Origin: a virus
Length of the DNA: 64,000 nt
Virus record (IMG/VR): IMGVR_UViG_3300009550_000008
Strand: one strand, 5' to 3'
A model generated the notes under the pieces. That model saw nothing but the letters and a program-made list of their open reading frames with translations. It did not search any database and was not told the DNA's origin. This document shows, piece after piece, positions 19,062-28,695 of this stretch. Made by a program: the position numbers and the translations under genes. Each line of letters begins with the position of its first letter. The first letter of the stretch is position 1.

Positions 19062-20510
19062 ATGAACTTATTCCAACAGATCAAAGAAAAAAAAATACTA
19101 GACAAAGATGGTAAAGTCGATGCACTAGGGCCTTATGGTAAATCTAAACTTACTGGTCAGGAAGTTGCAAACTATTTCAAGAAAAACAAAGTAAAAGACC
19201 CTGAGATCAAAAAAGCAGTCGAGGTTGCATTAGACCTTAGTGGTGCAATGGATGTCGCTGGAAAAGAAATCCAAAAGTTCTTTGGAAGAAAGATAAGAAA
19301 CTCTAAAGAAGTAAAAAGAGCTCTTAAGTATGCAAACGAATCATTTGAAATGAATCAATTGGTTTGTATGTTGCATGAAGATGTATTGAATCTTACAGAA
19401 AAGAACCTTATGCCTGATATCCAAAAGATAGTTGACACTAAAGGTGCAGCTAAAGTTGGTGGTGTAATGTTAGATATGTTCACTGCATCTATGATTTCAA
19501 AAGTTTACGACAAAGTAAACGATCAGAACAAGAAGAAGATGGAAAAAGCAAAGATCGAAGTTCTTGTTAAACTTGCACATAAAGTTATGGGTATGAAAGA
19601 GGAACAAGTTGCAGAGATCATAGAAGGTAAGACCCTCAAACAATTAAAGAAAATTTATAAGAAAGATGTTAAAAACTATAACAACAATAGAGACATCTCT
19701 CAAGGTGCTGCAATGGCATTTGCATACTGGGCAATCAAAAATGGGGACATAAAAACAGATGACCCTGATGAATTTGACCAGTGGTTAGATGATAATCTAT
19801 CAGAATGGATAGCTGCAGACGGTACTAGAAGAAGAGTACACGAAAAAGACAAGAGAAAATCAAAGGTAACTGTTAAAGAAGGTGGTAAATCTCAAGCACA
19901 ACAAGCTGCAATTGCAATCTCTAAGAAAGAGAAAGCAGGGAAGCCTGGATATGATAAAGAAGGTAAGTCACTTAAGAAAGAATCAGTTATGGATTCCTAC
20001 AGAAAAATGTGGGAAGATGCAGTAGAAGAAGATATTGACGAAGCATTCTCCAAGAAACCCGCAAAAGGTAGAGATATTGCAAAGAAGATGATGAAGAGTA
20101 AGACAATGAAAGGTTTTGCTAACAAAGTTAAGAAAATGAAAACAGTTACCGCTGTTCAGTTAGATAAAATGTTGCCAGATTATGTCTCAGGTGGAGATAT
20201 TGGGGCAATGTTTGAAGATGCAGTAGAAGAAGAAACTATTGTAGAGAAGAAAGAAATGGATTCAAAAGTAATCGAAAAGATTGCAAAGTTAACCGATCAA
20301 AACGATCATAATAAAGCTGTAATGGACTTAGCTCGTTACATGAGAGAGATGAAAGTCGTTAAGATGATGGAACACATGATTGCAATGCATAAAATCAATG
20401 GTTCTATGTCTAGTGATATGATAAACATAAGAAAAGAAATGTTAGACTTATGTTTGAAGAAAGCTAAGAAGTTATATGATAACTTTGATGACATATACAA
20501 GGCATTCTAA
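19062..20510 (+). CDS. Large modular Lys/Glu-rich putative internal head protein
   Basis: Series of short modules (AQQAAIAISKK; LTDQNDHN) separated by acidic linkers. Confidence 0.6.
   Translation: MNLFQQIKEKKILDKDGKVDALGPYGKSKLTGQEVANYFKKNKVKDPEIKKAVEVALDLSGAMDVAGKEIQKFFGRKIRNSKEVKRALKYANESFEMNQLVCMLHEDVLNLTEKNLMPDIQKIVDTKGAAKVGGVMLDMFTASMISKVYDKVNDQNKKKMEKAKIEVLVKLAHKVMGMKEEQVAEIIEGKTLKQLKKIYKKDVKNYNNNRDISQGAAMAFAYWAIKNGDIKTDDPDEFDQWLDDNLSEWIAADGTRRRVHEKDKRKSKVTVKEGGKSQAQQAAIAISKKEKAGKPGYDKEGKSLKKESVMDSYRKMWEDAVEEDIDEAFSKKPAKGRDIAKKMMKSKTMKGFANKVKKMKTVTAVQLDKMLPDYVSGGDIGAMFEDAVEEETIVEKKEMDSKVIEKIAKLTDQNDHNKAVMDLARYMREMKVVKMMEHMIAMHKINGSMSSDMINIRKEMLDLCLKKAKKLYDNFDDIYKAF
20013..20233 (+). 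repeat. 20-nt direct repeat GAAGATGCAGTAGAAGAAGA flanking an in-frame 67-codon module
   Basis: Copies at 20013-20032 and 20214-20233, 201 nt apart. Confidence 0.85.
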
Positions 20511-21082
20511 TGGCTAAACTCACGGCTGCAGAAGTACAGAAGATTCTTACCACAGATGGTAGGACTAAACTTTTTAAGGAGAAACTTAGGAAGTTAGGTT
20601 ATGTGAAAGATGCAAAGGAAGTATCCAAAGTTATGGAGAAAACTGCAGATTTTGCTATGATGTCAGACGGTGGGAATAAGAAGGTTGCTCGTGCAGTTGC
20701 AAAAGCAAAAGACGAGAAAGACCTTAGAAAGAAATTAGAAAAGATTTCAACTATGAGTGGTGGAAAGTATTCTGAAGCTCAGGAAGATGAAGTAATCGAT
20801 AGAGCTATCGATGCATTTAATAGTAAAGCACAGGGAATGCAACTCAGACCCGATGCAAATATGTTGATGCAGTTAAGAAAGTTTGCCGATACAAAGAAGG
20901 ATAGTGAAGTCAGAACAGACGACATGAAGAAGATCAAAGTCAAACATAAGGATGCGATCAAAGTTCATGATGTTTTAATGTCTGTTAAGGCTCCCATTCG
21001 TGATAAATACACTAGACTATTACAAAAAGATAGTAAATCATTTAAGAAGACTTTCAAAGATATTTTGAAAATCGCAAGTTAG
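20510..21082 (+). CDS. Basic hypothetical late protein
   Basis: DGRTKLFKE; NMLMQLRK; operon continuity. Confidence 0.6.
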   Translation: MAKLTAAEVQKILTTDGRTKLFKEKLRKLGYVKDAKEVSKVMEKTADFAMMSDGGNKKVARAVAKAKDEKDLRKKLEKISTMSGGKYSEAQEDEVIDRAIDAFNSKAQGMQLRPDANMLMQLRKFADTKKDSEVRTDDMKKIKVKHKDAIKVHDVLMSVKAPIRDKYTRLLQKDSKSFKKTFKDILKIAS

Positions 21083-21091
21083 GAGATAAAA

Positions 21092-21643
21092 ATGGCATTA
21101 TGGGGAGTATCAGACGCAGACGAAAGTAAACCAAAATACTTATCGGATGCAGATAAAAAGAACACCATCGCTAAATCAGAAGGTTGGGTACTAAAGAAAA
21201 CTGTAGGTTCTAGAAACCTAGAGGAGATTTTAGTCGCAACTGGAGCAGACCTATCAGTTGGTATTGGACAAGCAGATATAACAGAGATTGATTTCGTTAC
21301 AACAGCATTTGATAAATCAGATGGTGGAACATTATCCGTTAAAGTTATATTCAACGAGAATGTGACTGTAAGTGGAACACCACAATTAACTGTTGTTAAC
21401 AGTGTTAATTCAAATCACACATTATCGTATGCAAGTGGTTCAACAACCAACGAACTTATATTCAATCTTGCAATTGCAGCGGGTAACGCAGCAACTGATG
21501 CAGACGATGTATTAAGTATTGGTGCAAACGCAGTTTCACTTAACGGTGGAACAATCGTTGACAGTGTCGGCGGTGGTAATGCAACCATTACTTCAAGTGG
21601 TGCAATAGGAACTGCAGCTGGAACAATTACTGTTGTAGCATAG
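21092..21643 (+). CDS. Virion structural protein with Ig-like beta domain
   Basis: MALWG N-terminus; FNENVTVSGTPQL, YASGSTTNELIF, LNGGTI. Confidence 0.65.
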   Translation: MALWGVSDADESKPKYLSDADKKNTIAKSEGWVLKKTVGSRNLEEILVATGADLSVGIGQADITEIDFVTTAFDKSDGGTLSVKVIFNENVTVSGTPQLTVVNSVNSNHTLSYASGSTTNELIFNLAIAAGNAATDADDVLSIGANAVSLNGGTIVDSVGGGNATITSSGAIGTAAGTITVVA

Positions 21644-21658
21644 GTTTAGGGGAAGATT

Positions 21659-21922
21659 ATGAAGATTAAAGTTTTAGGTTCAGAAGCTGCATGTGGAACA
21701 AGTTCGGGCAATGGCTCGAGTTATAGTGGTGCAACACATGTAAGAGTAGTTAACTCAGGTTCTACAAACAGATTAGTATCTGTAGAGAACTCAAGTAATT
21801 CTCTTATAGGAACATTCACACTAGGTGGTGGAGCATCTGAAATAGTTGTAAAAACTCAGACTGATGAGGTATTCGCTGCACATGCAGAGGTTCTTGCAGT
21901 CGGAATAGCGGTGGAAAATTAA
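21659..21922 (+). CDS. Small beta-rich virion protein
   Basis: Gly/Ser/Thr-rich; in late operon. Confidence 0.55.
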   Translation: MKIKVLGSEAACGTSSGNGSSYSGATHVRVVNSGSTNRLVSVENSSNSLIGTFTLGGGASEIVVKTQTDEVFAAHAEVLAVGIAVEN

Positions 21923-21923
21923 T

Positions 21924-22343
21924 ATGAAAACATTCAATCAATTCATAAACGAAGGAATTGCAAGAGGTTCAACCTTGCAAGGAGCTGGACTAAGTTCAGA
22001 ACAGATACCTCACGACATCGATGATGTTGATGTTAAAAATAAAGTCAATGCAATTTTGGGACATACTGCAGTATCAGAATACTTGTCACCAAAAGCTGCA
22101 GTTGAACAGATGAAAGCAAAACTTTCTCAACTAGGTTTAAATCCTCAGACTGCAGATGAGGAATTAGAGTTCTCCGAAACTGGAGAATTCGACTTAAACT
22201 TCTCAAGATATGGAGAGATCATTGGTAAAACTGGCAACAGTGAGATTGATGAGATCGAAAAGGAAGAGAAGGTTGTTTCACTTAAGGTGAAATACGAACA
22301 ACTATCTAACGGTAGTTACAAGGTATACGGGTCATTAGTATAA
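21924..22343 (+). CDS. Putative internal head protein with capsid-targeting-like N-terminus
   Basis: MKTFNQFINE/G resembles the T4 internal-protein CTS MKTYQEFIAE. Confidence 0.6.
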   Translation: MKTFNQFINEGIARGSTLQGAGLSSEQIPHDIDDVDVKNKVNAILGHTAVSEYLSPKAAVEQMKAKLSQLGLNPQTADEELEFSETGEFDLNFSRYGEIIGKTGNSEIDEIEKEEKVVSLKVKYEQLSNGSYKVYGSLV

Positions 22344-22344
22344 C

Positions 22345-22446
22345 GGGTCGTGCCGATACTAATCCAAGTAATAATAGATTAGTACCCTCGGGTACTATGA
22401 AGTGAATCCAAGTCAAGGACTCGTACACCTCCCTTCGGGGTGACCT
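22345..22446 (+). ncRNA. Candidate structured intergenic RNA (multi-stem, cUUCGg loop)
   Basis: GGTCG/TGACC closing stem, TACTAATC/GATTAGTA, CCGA/TCGG, CTTCGG at 22433-22438. Confidence 0.4.
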
Positions 22447-22461
22447 ACATACTATTACATT

Positions 22462-22833
22462 ATGAGTCTTTTTGATAAAATCACAGCAAAAAACTTTCAA
22501 GCGTTTGCATTAAAGCATTACGATGACCCTCAATGTGAGTCTTTAGAAGACTTCCAAGAGGATTTACGAAGGTTTAGATACCTAAAACGGTTACTACACC
22601 GTTACCACAACAATGGTGAAATGAGGGAACGCCTCATGTTAAACCATCTAATATGTCTATTCAATGTCTTTGGTTTCGAACCATGCATGAGAATGTTAAA
22701 GTTTAAGATCAAAGATGACTCATACTGGACATCCATCAAAACTATGTTACTATATCTTGGTTATGTTGAAAACAACTGGGAACCTGATGTAGAACTCGAT
22801 CTTTCCCTTGCACAACGATTAAGAGAACTTTAG
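22462..22833 (+). CDS. Conserved T4-like hypothetical protein
   Basis: DLRRFRYLKRLL..RERLMLNHLI..NVFG. Confidence 0.7.
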   Translation: MSLFDKITAKNFQAFALKHYDDPQCESLEDFQEDLRRFRYLKRLLHRYHNNGEMRERLMLNHLICLFNVFGFEPCMRMLKFKIKDDSYWTSIKTMLLYLGYVENNWEPDVELDLSLAQRLREL

Positions 22834-22851
22834 ATTGCTATAAATAGTTCT

Positions 22852-23427
22852 ATGAGAATCATAGACACATTAATTGTATTCCGAATCATTAAACTGTTAG
22901 TCACACCGTTTAATAAACAGAAAGCCTTTAAGTTGGGTTTCATCGATTCAAAAGGTAAAAGAATAACTCACAATGAGGATGGAACTAGAAACGACCCATT
23001 CACAAAGATGGAGAAGAGTTCTTATACTCTACTTCATAGATTAGTATTCAACCTTAAAAAGATCATAGAAAAGGTTCCTTTTGGTAAGACACAATTTGCA
23101 TCATACGCTGTTGCACTTGCAATACTAAAGGAACATTGTGAACTATCAGATGACCAAGCAGAAGAACTCTACGAGAAGTTCTATCGTCATTTGAAAGAGA
23201 CAAACCAACTGAATCCTGAACACATTACAGAGTCAGTTGGGTTTCCCGTATTAACTAGAGGAACATATAGACTTCGTCACTATACTAGAGATTTAAACGA
23301 TGAACAACTTGACCCTAAGACTGCAGTCGATATCCAAGGAGAGATTGCAAAGGTATTTGGAATCTCAGTATATGAGGGTTATGTTGGTGAATCTAAAATC
23401 TACTTGAGTGCTGAAGATGTTTATTGA
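22852..23427 (+). CDS. Conserved T4-like hypothetical late protein
   Basis: YTLLHRLVFNLKKI..SYAVAL; TATAAATA at 22839-22846. Confidence 0.7.
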   Translation: MRIIDTLIVFRIIKLLVTPFNKQKAFKLGFIDSKGKRITHNEDGTRNDPFTKMEKSSYTLLHRLVFNLKKIIEKVPFGKTQFASYAVALAILKEHCELSDDQAEELYEKFYRHLKETNQLNPEHITESVGFPVLTRGTYRLRHYTRDLNDEQLDPKTAVDIQGEIAKVFGISVYEGYVGESKIYLSAEDVY

Positions 23428-24148
23428 GTCAGTCCTAGAAATAGTAAACATGGTCTTCAAACCACTGAAAGACCTGAAAGAACCAAAGTATAAGAAGTTA
23501 GAGATTTGGAATCAGGGGTGGGAGACTATCGATATAGGTACACCACCTACAGGAAACGAAGTTGTTAAAGAGATTCATCAGGTACAGGATGAGTACAGAA
23601 CTGCAACAGACGAACAGAAACAACAGTACATTAATTGTGATATGGATGCATCATATTACATTAAACTCTACATGGAAGATCATGATTTAGATTATGATGA
23701 AGATGAGATTGAATTCATCGAACAACAATGTAGACCTATCATAAAACATTATAAGAACTTTTACAATCGACCAAGACCATATCAAGTTGCAGAGGCATTA
23801 GATATAGAGTTTGATCGATTCGTAACTAAAACTGCAAAGACACCATCATTCCCAAGTGGACATACAGTCCAACCTATAGTCGTTGCAGAGTATTATGCAA
23901 AGAAATACCCACAACATAGATCAGGACTTATGAAGGGTGCAAAGATATGTGGTTATGGAAGAGTAATCGCTGGAATGCATTATCCCTCAGATTATGATGC
24001 TGGTGTGAAATTAGGAGAAGAACTAATAGACTTCCTAAACATGGGATTGAAAGAAGATGCTCCAGTTAACTCAACAGGAGGTGGAATATCCATGCCTCCT
24101 ACAATGAAGAAAAAGAAAAAGAAAGATGAAGTCCTAAAACGATTCTAA
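23417..24148 (+). CDS. PAP2-family acid phosphatase/haloperoxidase
   Basis: K..YNRPRP, SFPSGH, RVIAGMHYPSD. Confidence 0.88.
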   Translation: MFIESVLEIVNMVFKPLKDLKEPKYKKLEIWNQGWETIDIGTPPTGNEVVKEIHQVQDEYRTATDEQKQQYINCDMDASYYIKLYMEDHDLDYDEDEIEFIEQQCRPIIKHYKNFYNRPRPYQVAEALDIEFDRFVTKTAKTPSFPSGHTVQPIVVAEYYAKKYPQHRSGLMKGAKICGYGRVIAGMHYPSDYDAGVKLGEELIDFLNMGLKEDAPVNSTGGGISMPPTMKKKKKKDEVLKRF

Positions 24149-24154
24149 TATATT

Positions 24155-25336
24155 ATGAAATTTCTGAACGCGTTGGCATTATTAACAAGTCTAGGTATCG
24201 CAGGTATCGCTGCATACTTTTCTGTATTAGGACTTGCAACTATATTTGCTGGTGCATATCTCGGTGTCATTATCATGGCATCAACCCTAGAGTTTGGTAA
24301 GATAGTTACAGCTGCATATGTACATATCTTTTGGGACAAACTCAATTCAATCAAATACTATCTCTCATTCTCAGTCTTTGTATTGATGTTAATTACATCA
24401 CTAGGTATATTCGGTTACCTTGCAAAGGCATCCAGTGACACATCATACGAGACAGCAGCTGCACAACAAGAGATCGATAACATCGATAGAAAGATCGGTA
24501 GAGAAGAACTACAACTATCTCTAATCAACGACAGAATCGATAGTTTATCAGAGGGTGGAGTAGATGTAACAGACTCAGTGAATGCACAAATAGTAATCAG
24601 AGATGGTGCATGGGACAGAGTACAGGGTGATATAGACTATGCACAGGAACAGATCAATAGTCTAAGAAGTGAATTGACTGCATTAGATACTGCCGTATCA
24701 GAACTCAGAGACAAGGGTGTAGAAGTAATTACACTGGACGAGGGTGGTGTCTTTAGACAAGGTGAAACAGAGAAGATAGATTATGTTGCACAGGCAGATC
24801 AATTGTATGAACAACAGTCAGAACAAAGAGAACAGATTCGTGCAGACATAAAAGCACAACAGGATAACATAGACAAGTATAGAGAACAAGCACAGACAAC
24901 CATCAATGGTGCGAATGCAGAGATCAGTCGATTAAGGAACCTATCAACAGGTGATGCAGAGGAAAAAATCCAAGAGATTGAGAAATACAATGGACAAATC
25001 GATGACATCTATGATATAATACAAGAACTCAGGGAAGAGAAGTTTCCTTTTGAACAGGAGATTCTCGGATTCGAGAGAGAAGTAGGGCCAATTAAGTATA
25101 TTGCAGAGGTTATATACGGACAGGATGAATCTGTCAAGTACCTTGACAACGCTATTAGAGCGGTCATTTTTGCCCTAATATTCGTATTTGACCCGCTGGC
25201 AATACTTCTTCTCATCACATCAGTCGGACTGATTGCTCGGAGAATAGAGGAAGAGAAACCCAAGGTGGTGGAGAACAGATATGTTATCCAAGTCCCTAAG
25301 AAGAAGTTAGAAGAAATACAGAAAAACACCTTGTAA
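24155..25336 (+). CDS. Membrane protein with long coiled coil
   Basis: Three N-terminal TM helices (LEFGKIV), coiled coil, EVGPIKYIAE, C-terminal TM VFDPLAILLL. Confidence 0.7.
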   Translation: MKFLNALALLTSLGIAGIAAYFSVLGLATIFAGAYLGVIIMASTLEFGKIVTAAYVHIFWDKLNSIKYYLSFSVFVLMLITSLGIFGYLAKASSDTSYETAAAQQEIDNIDRKIGREELQLSLINDRIDSLSEGGVDVTDSVNAQIVIRDGAWDRVQGDIDYAQEQINSLRSELTALDTAVSELRDKGVEVITLDEGGVFRQGETEKIDYVAQADQLYEQQSEQREQIRADIKAQQDNIDKYREQAQTTINGANAEISRLRNLSTGDAEEKIQEIEKYNGQIDDIYDIIQELREEKFPFEQEILGFEREVGPIKYIAEVIYGQDESVKYLDNAIRAVIFALIFVFDPLAILLLITSVGLIARRIEEEKPKVVENRYVIQVPKKKLEEIQKNTL

Positions 25337-25366
25337 AAACCACATCCCTACTGTATAATAGTAGAT

Positions 25367-26392
25367 ATGCTATGGTTGGAAAGGAAATACCTTTCACAGG
25401 TTGTGTCACTTCTAGACTCGGCCAAGTGGAAGAATGAGAATACACTAAATCACCGTTGTCCTTATTGTGGAGATTCCCAAAAGAATCAATACAAGGCAAG
25501 GGGATTCCACTTTACCGTGGAACAAAACTTCGTATACAAGTGTCATAATTGTGGTAAATCTACCTCAAGTGTGAACTTCCTCAAAGATCACTTCCCAGTT
25601 ATTCATAAAGAATATATAAAAGAATGGCTAGCAGAACAAGGTAAGAAACCAAGAACAAAAAAACAGAGAAGTAGTAATGATTTTAAGTTTACTCCGCGAA
25701 AAGAACTTCTAAATATGAAAGAAGTCGATTTGACAGCATTATGTTTTCGTGCAAATGAGAAGGCAGTATCGAGGGATTATCTTGAATCAAGACAGGTTCC
25801 CAAAGAACAGATAGAAAAACTATGGTTTGTGTCTCAAGCACAAACACTTGCTGGATTCTCAGAAAAGTACAAGAGTAGGGTTCTTGGTAATGACCCTCGA
25901 ATCGTCATTCCATTCTATGCACAGGATGGAGAATTGATTGGTGTCAGTGGTCGTGCAATAAATGATTCACCATTGAGATATTTAACCATGAGATTCGTAG
26001 ATGATGTTCCACTTATCTACAACATTAATAATGTGGACAAAACAAAAACTATCTTTGTGACAGAAGGCCCACTAGATAGTTTATTCCTTCCAAACAGTAT
26101 TTCAGTCGGTGGAAGTGATTTTAAGAAATTAGATAGAGAATTAAAAGACAAAGCAATACTCGTATATGATAACGAACCAAGAAGTACAGAAATAATTAAA
26201 AAGATCACCGAGGTCATTGATGACGGGTGGTCAGTCTGTATATGGAATGATAGAAGGATATCAGATTATAAAGATATCAATGATATGATTCAAGGTGGGT
26301 TGACTCAGGATGAGATTGTGGAGATCATTACTTCGAATACTTACAGTGGCCTGTCAGCAAAAACAAAACTATCGGAGTATAAAAGAACATGA
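25367..26392 (+). CDS. 61: DNA primase gp61
   Basis: RCPYCGDS..CHNCG zinc finger; TEGPLDSLF TOPRIM; DNEPR; KDINDM. Confidence 0.96.
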   Translation: MLWLERKYLSQVVSLLDSAKWKNENTLNHRCPYCGDSQKNQYKARGFHFTVEQNFVYKCHNCGKSTSSVNFLKDHFPVIHKEYIKEWLAEQGKKPRTKKQRSSNDFKFTPRKELLNMKEVDLTALCFRANEKAVSRDYLESRQVPKEQIEKLWFVSQAQTLAGFSEKYKSRVLGNDPRIVIPFYAQDGELIGVSGRAINDSPLRYLTMRFVDDVPLIYNINNVDKTKTIFVTEGPLDSLFLPNSISVGGSDFKKLDRELKDKAILVYDNEPRSTEIIKKITEVIDDGWSVCIWNDRRISDYKDINDMIQGGLTQDEIVEIITSNTYSGLSAKTKLSEYKRT

Positions 26393-28695
26393 ATCAGAAC
26401 GGTAATGGTGGAATCAAAGTTGTCAAGTCAGACGGAAGTAAAGTATCAATCGATCTAGATAAGATTCACAGAATGGTAGAGAAAGCCTGTAGGAATATTA
26501 CAGGTGTATCAGAATCGATGATTGAAATGAACAGTGGTCTTCAATTCTATGAAGGTATATCTACACGGGAGATTCAATCTATATTGGTTAAATCTGCACA
26601 TGACTTGATTGATGTTACTAATCCTAATTACCAGTTTGTAGCTGCAAGACTATTACTATTTGCAATTCAGAAACAAGTATTCAATACCAAGTGGAAGGAC
26701 AGTGAAATCTATCCACCACTTGATGATATCATCAGAAGGAACATTGACGCTGGTGTATATGACTCTCAGATTCTAGAACAGTATGATGAGGATGAGATCA
26801 ATCGATGTAACAGTTTTATTAAACATTCAAGAGATTTAAACTTTACCTATGCTGGACTACAACAGATTGTAGACAAGTATTTGGTACAAGATAGATCAAG
26901 TGGTGAGGTATTTGAGACACCACAATTTATGTACATGCTTATTGCAATGACATTATTTCAACATTACGACAAAGAGGTCAGACTAGACTATGTCAAACGA
27001 TACTATGATGCCATATCAAATTTCAAAATTAACATACCGACACCTATCATGGCAGGGGTCAGAACTCCACTCAGACAATTTGCAAGCTGTGTTCTCGTTG
27101 ACTCCGATGATTCACTACAGAGTATATTCTCCAGTGACCATGCGATTGGAAAGTATGTTGCACAACGAGCTGGGATTGGAATTAACGCTGGGAGAATTAG
27201 AGGAATTGGCTCTAAAATTAGGGGAGGTGAAGTCCAACATACAGGAGTTATCCCATTCCTTAAGAAGTTTGAAAGCACAGTTAGGTGTTGCACACAAAAT
27301 GGAGTCAGAGGAGGTTCAGCAACCGTCCACTTCCCAATCTGGCACCAAGAAATCGAAGACATCCTTGTCCTCAAAAACAACAAAGGAACCGAAGACAACA
27401 GAGTTCGTAAGTTGGACTACTCAATACAACTTTCCCAAATCTTTTATCAAAGATTTTTGGAAAACGGAGAAATAACTTTATTCTCTCCACATGATGTGCC
27501 TGGCTTGTATGAAGCATTTGGTACAGATGAGTTCGATGAATTGTATACAAAGTATGAGAATGCATATTCAATACCTAAGACAAAGATAGGTGCAAGAGAA
27601 CTCTTTACAGACTTATTGAAAGAACGAGCAGAGACTGGCCGTATCTACATTATGAATATAGATCATAGTAATACTCATAGTTCATTTAAAGACAAAGTGA
27701 ACATGAGTAATCTATGTCAAGAGATAACATTACCTACAGACCCAATCGATCATATCGATGGAGAGGGTGAGATTGCATTGTGTATACTATCTGCAGTCAA
27801 TGTAGGTATTGTTAAGGAAGAAGAAATGGAATCTCTTTGTGACCTAGCAGTGAGAGGACTTGAAGAACTGATAGATTTCCAAGAATATCCAGTAAAAGCT
27901 GCAGAACGATCAACCCTTGCAAGACGAAGTCTTGGTATTGGTTATATCGGACTGGCACATTTCCTTGCAAAAAACAAGGTAAAGTACGATGACCCTAAAG
28001 CTTTAGAACTGGTACACGATCTTACAGAGAGGTTTCAATTCTATCTTCTTAAATCGTCAAACAAAATTGCACAAGAGAAAAGTGCTTGTGCATGGTTTGA
28101 TAGAACAAAGTATGCAGATGGGATACTTCCCATTGACACATACAAAGATTCCGTTGACGAACTTGTTAAACCAAAATACAAGATGGACTGGGAAGGACTT
28201 AGAAAGGATATCCTTGCACATGGACTAAGACATAGTACATTGACTGCACAGATGCCGTCTGAGTCGTCTAGCGTGGTCTCTAATGCAACAAATGGTATTG
28301 AACCACCAAGAGATCATCTAAGTGTTAAGAAGAGTAAGAAAGGAACCCTTAAACAGGTTGTACCACAATACTCTTTATTGAAGAACTCATACACCTTACT
28401 ATGGGATATGCCTGACAATACAGGTTATATTAACATAGTTGCAGTGATGCAGAAGTTTTTCGATCAAGCAATTTCAGGTAATTGGTCATACAATCCTGAA
28501 ATGTATGATAACAATGAAGTACCAGTTTCGGTAATGGCAAAAGACTTATTGACTACATATAAATACGGGTGGAAAACATCTTATTACCACAACACAATGG
28601 ATGGTAAAGTAGAAGATGTTATGGTTGAAGAACAACCCGTGATGGATGACCCTTTCGAGGGTAGTGAGGAAGACTGCGATGCCTGTGCGATTTGA
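26389..28695 (+). CDS. nrdA: Ribonucleotide reductase class Ia alpha subunit
   Basis: ATP cone; RQFASCVL; SNLCQEI; QMPSESSS; C-terminal CDACAI. Confidence 0.98.
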   Translation: MNQNGNGGIKVVKSDGSKVSIDLDKIHRMVEKACRNITGVSESMIEMNSGLQFYEGISTREIQSILVKSAHDLIDVTNPNYQFVAARLLLFAIQKQVFNTKWKDSEIYPPLDDIIRRNIDAGVYDSQILEQYDEDEINRCNSFIKHSRDLNFTYAGLQQIVDKYLVQDRSSGEVFETPQFMYMLIAMTLFQHYDKEVRLDYVKRYYDAISNFKINIPTPIMAGVRTPLRQFASCVLVDSDDSLQSIFSSDHAIGKYVAQRAGIGINAGRIRGIGSKIRGGEVQHTGVIPFLKKFESTVRCCTQNGVRGGSATVHFPIWHQEIEDILVLKNNKGTEDNRVRKLDYSIQLSQIFYQRFLENGEITLFSPHDVPGLYEAFGTDEFDELYTKYENAYSIPKTKIGARELFTDLLKERAETGRIYIMNIDHSNTHSSFKDKVNMSNLCQEITLPTDPIDHIDGEGEIALCILSAVNVGIVKEEEMESLCDLAVRGLEELIDFQEYPVKAAERSTLARRSLGIGYIGLAHFLAKNKVKYDDPKALELVHDLTERFQFYLLKSSNKIAQEKSACAWFDRTKYADGILPIDTYKDSVDELVKPKYKMDWEGLRKDILAHGLRHSTLTAQMPSESSSVVSNATNGIEPPRDHLSVKKSKKGTLKQVVPQYSLLKNSYTLLWDMPDNTGYINIVAVMQKFFDQAISGNWSYNPEMYDNNEVPVSVMAKDLLTTYKYGWKTSYYHNTMDGKVEDVMVEEQPVMDDPFEGSEEDCDACAI

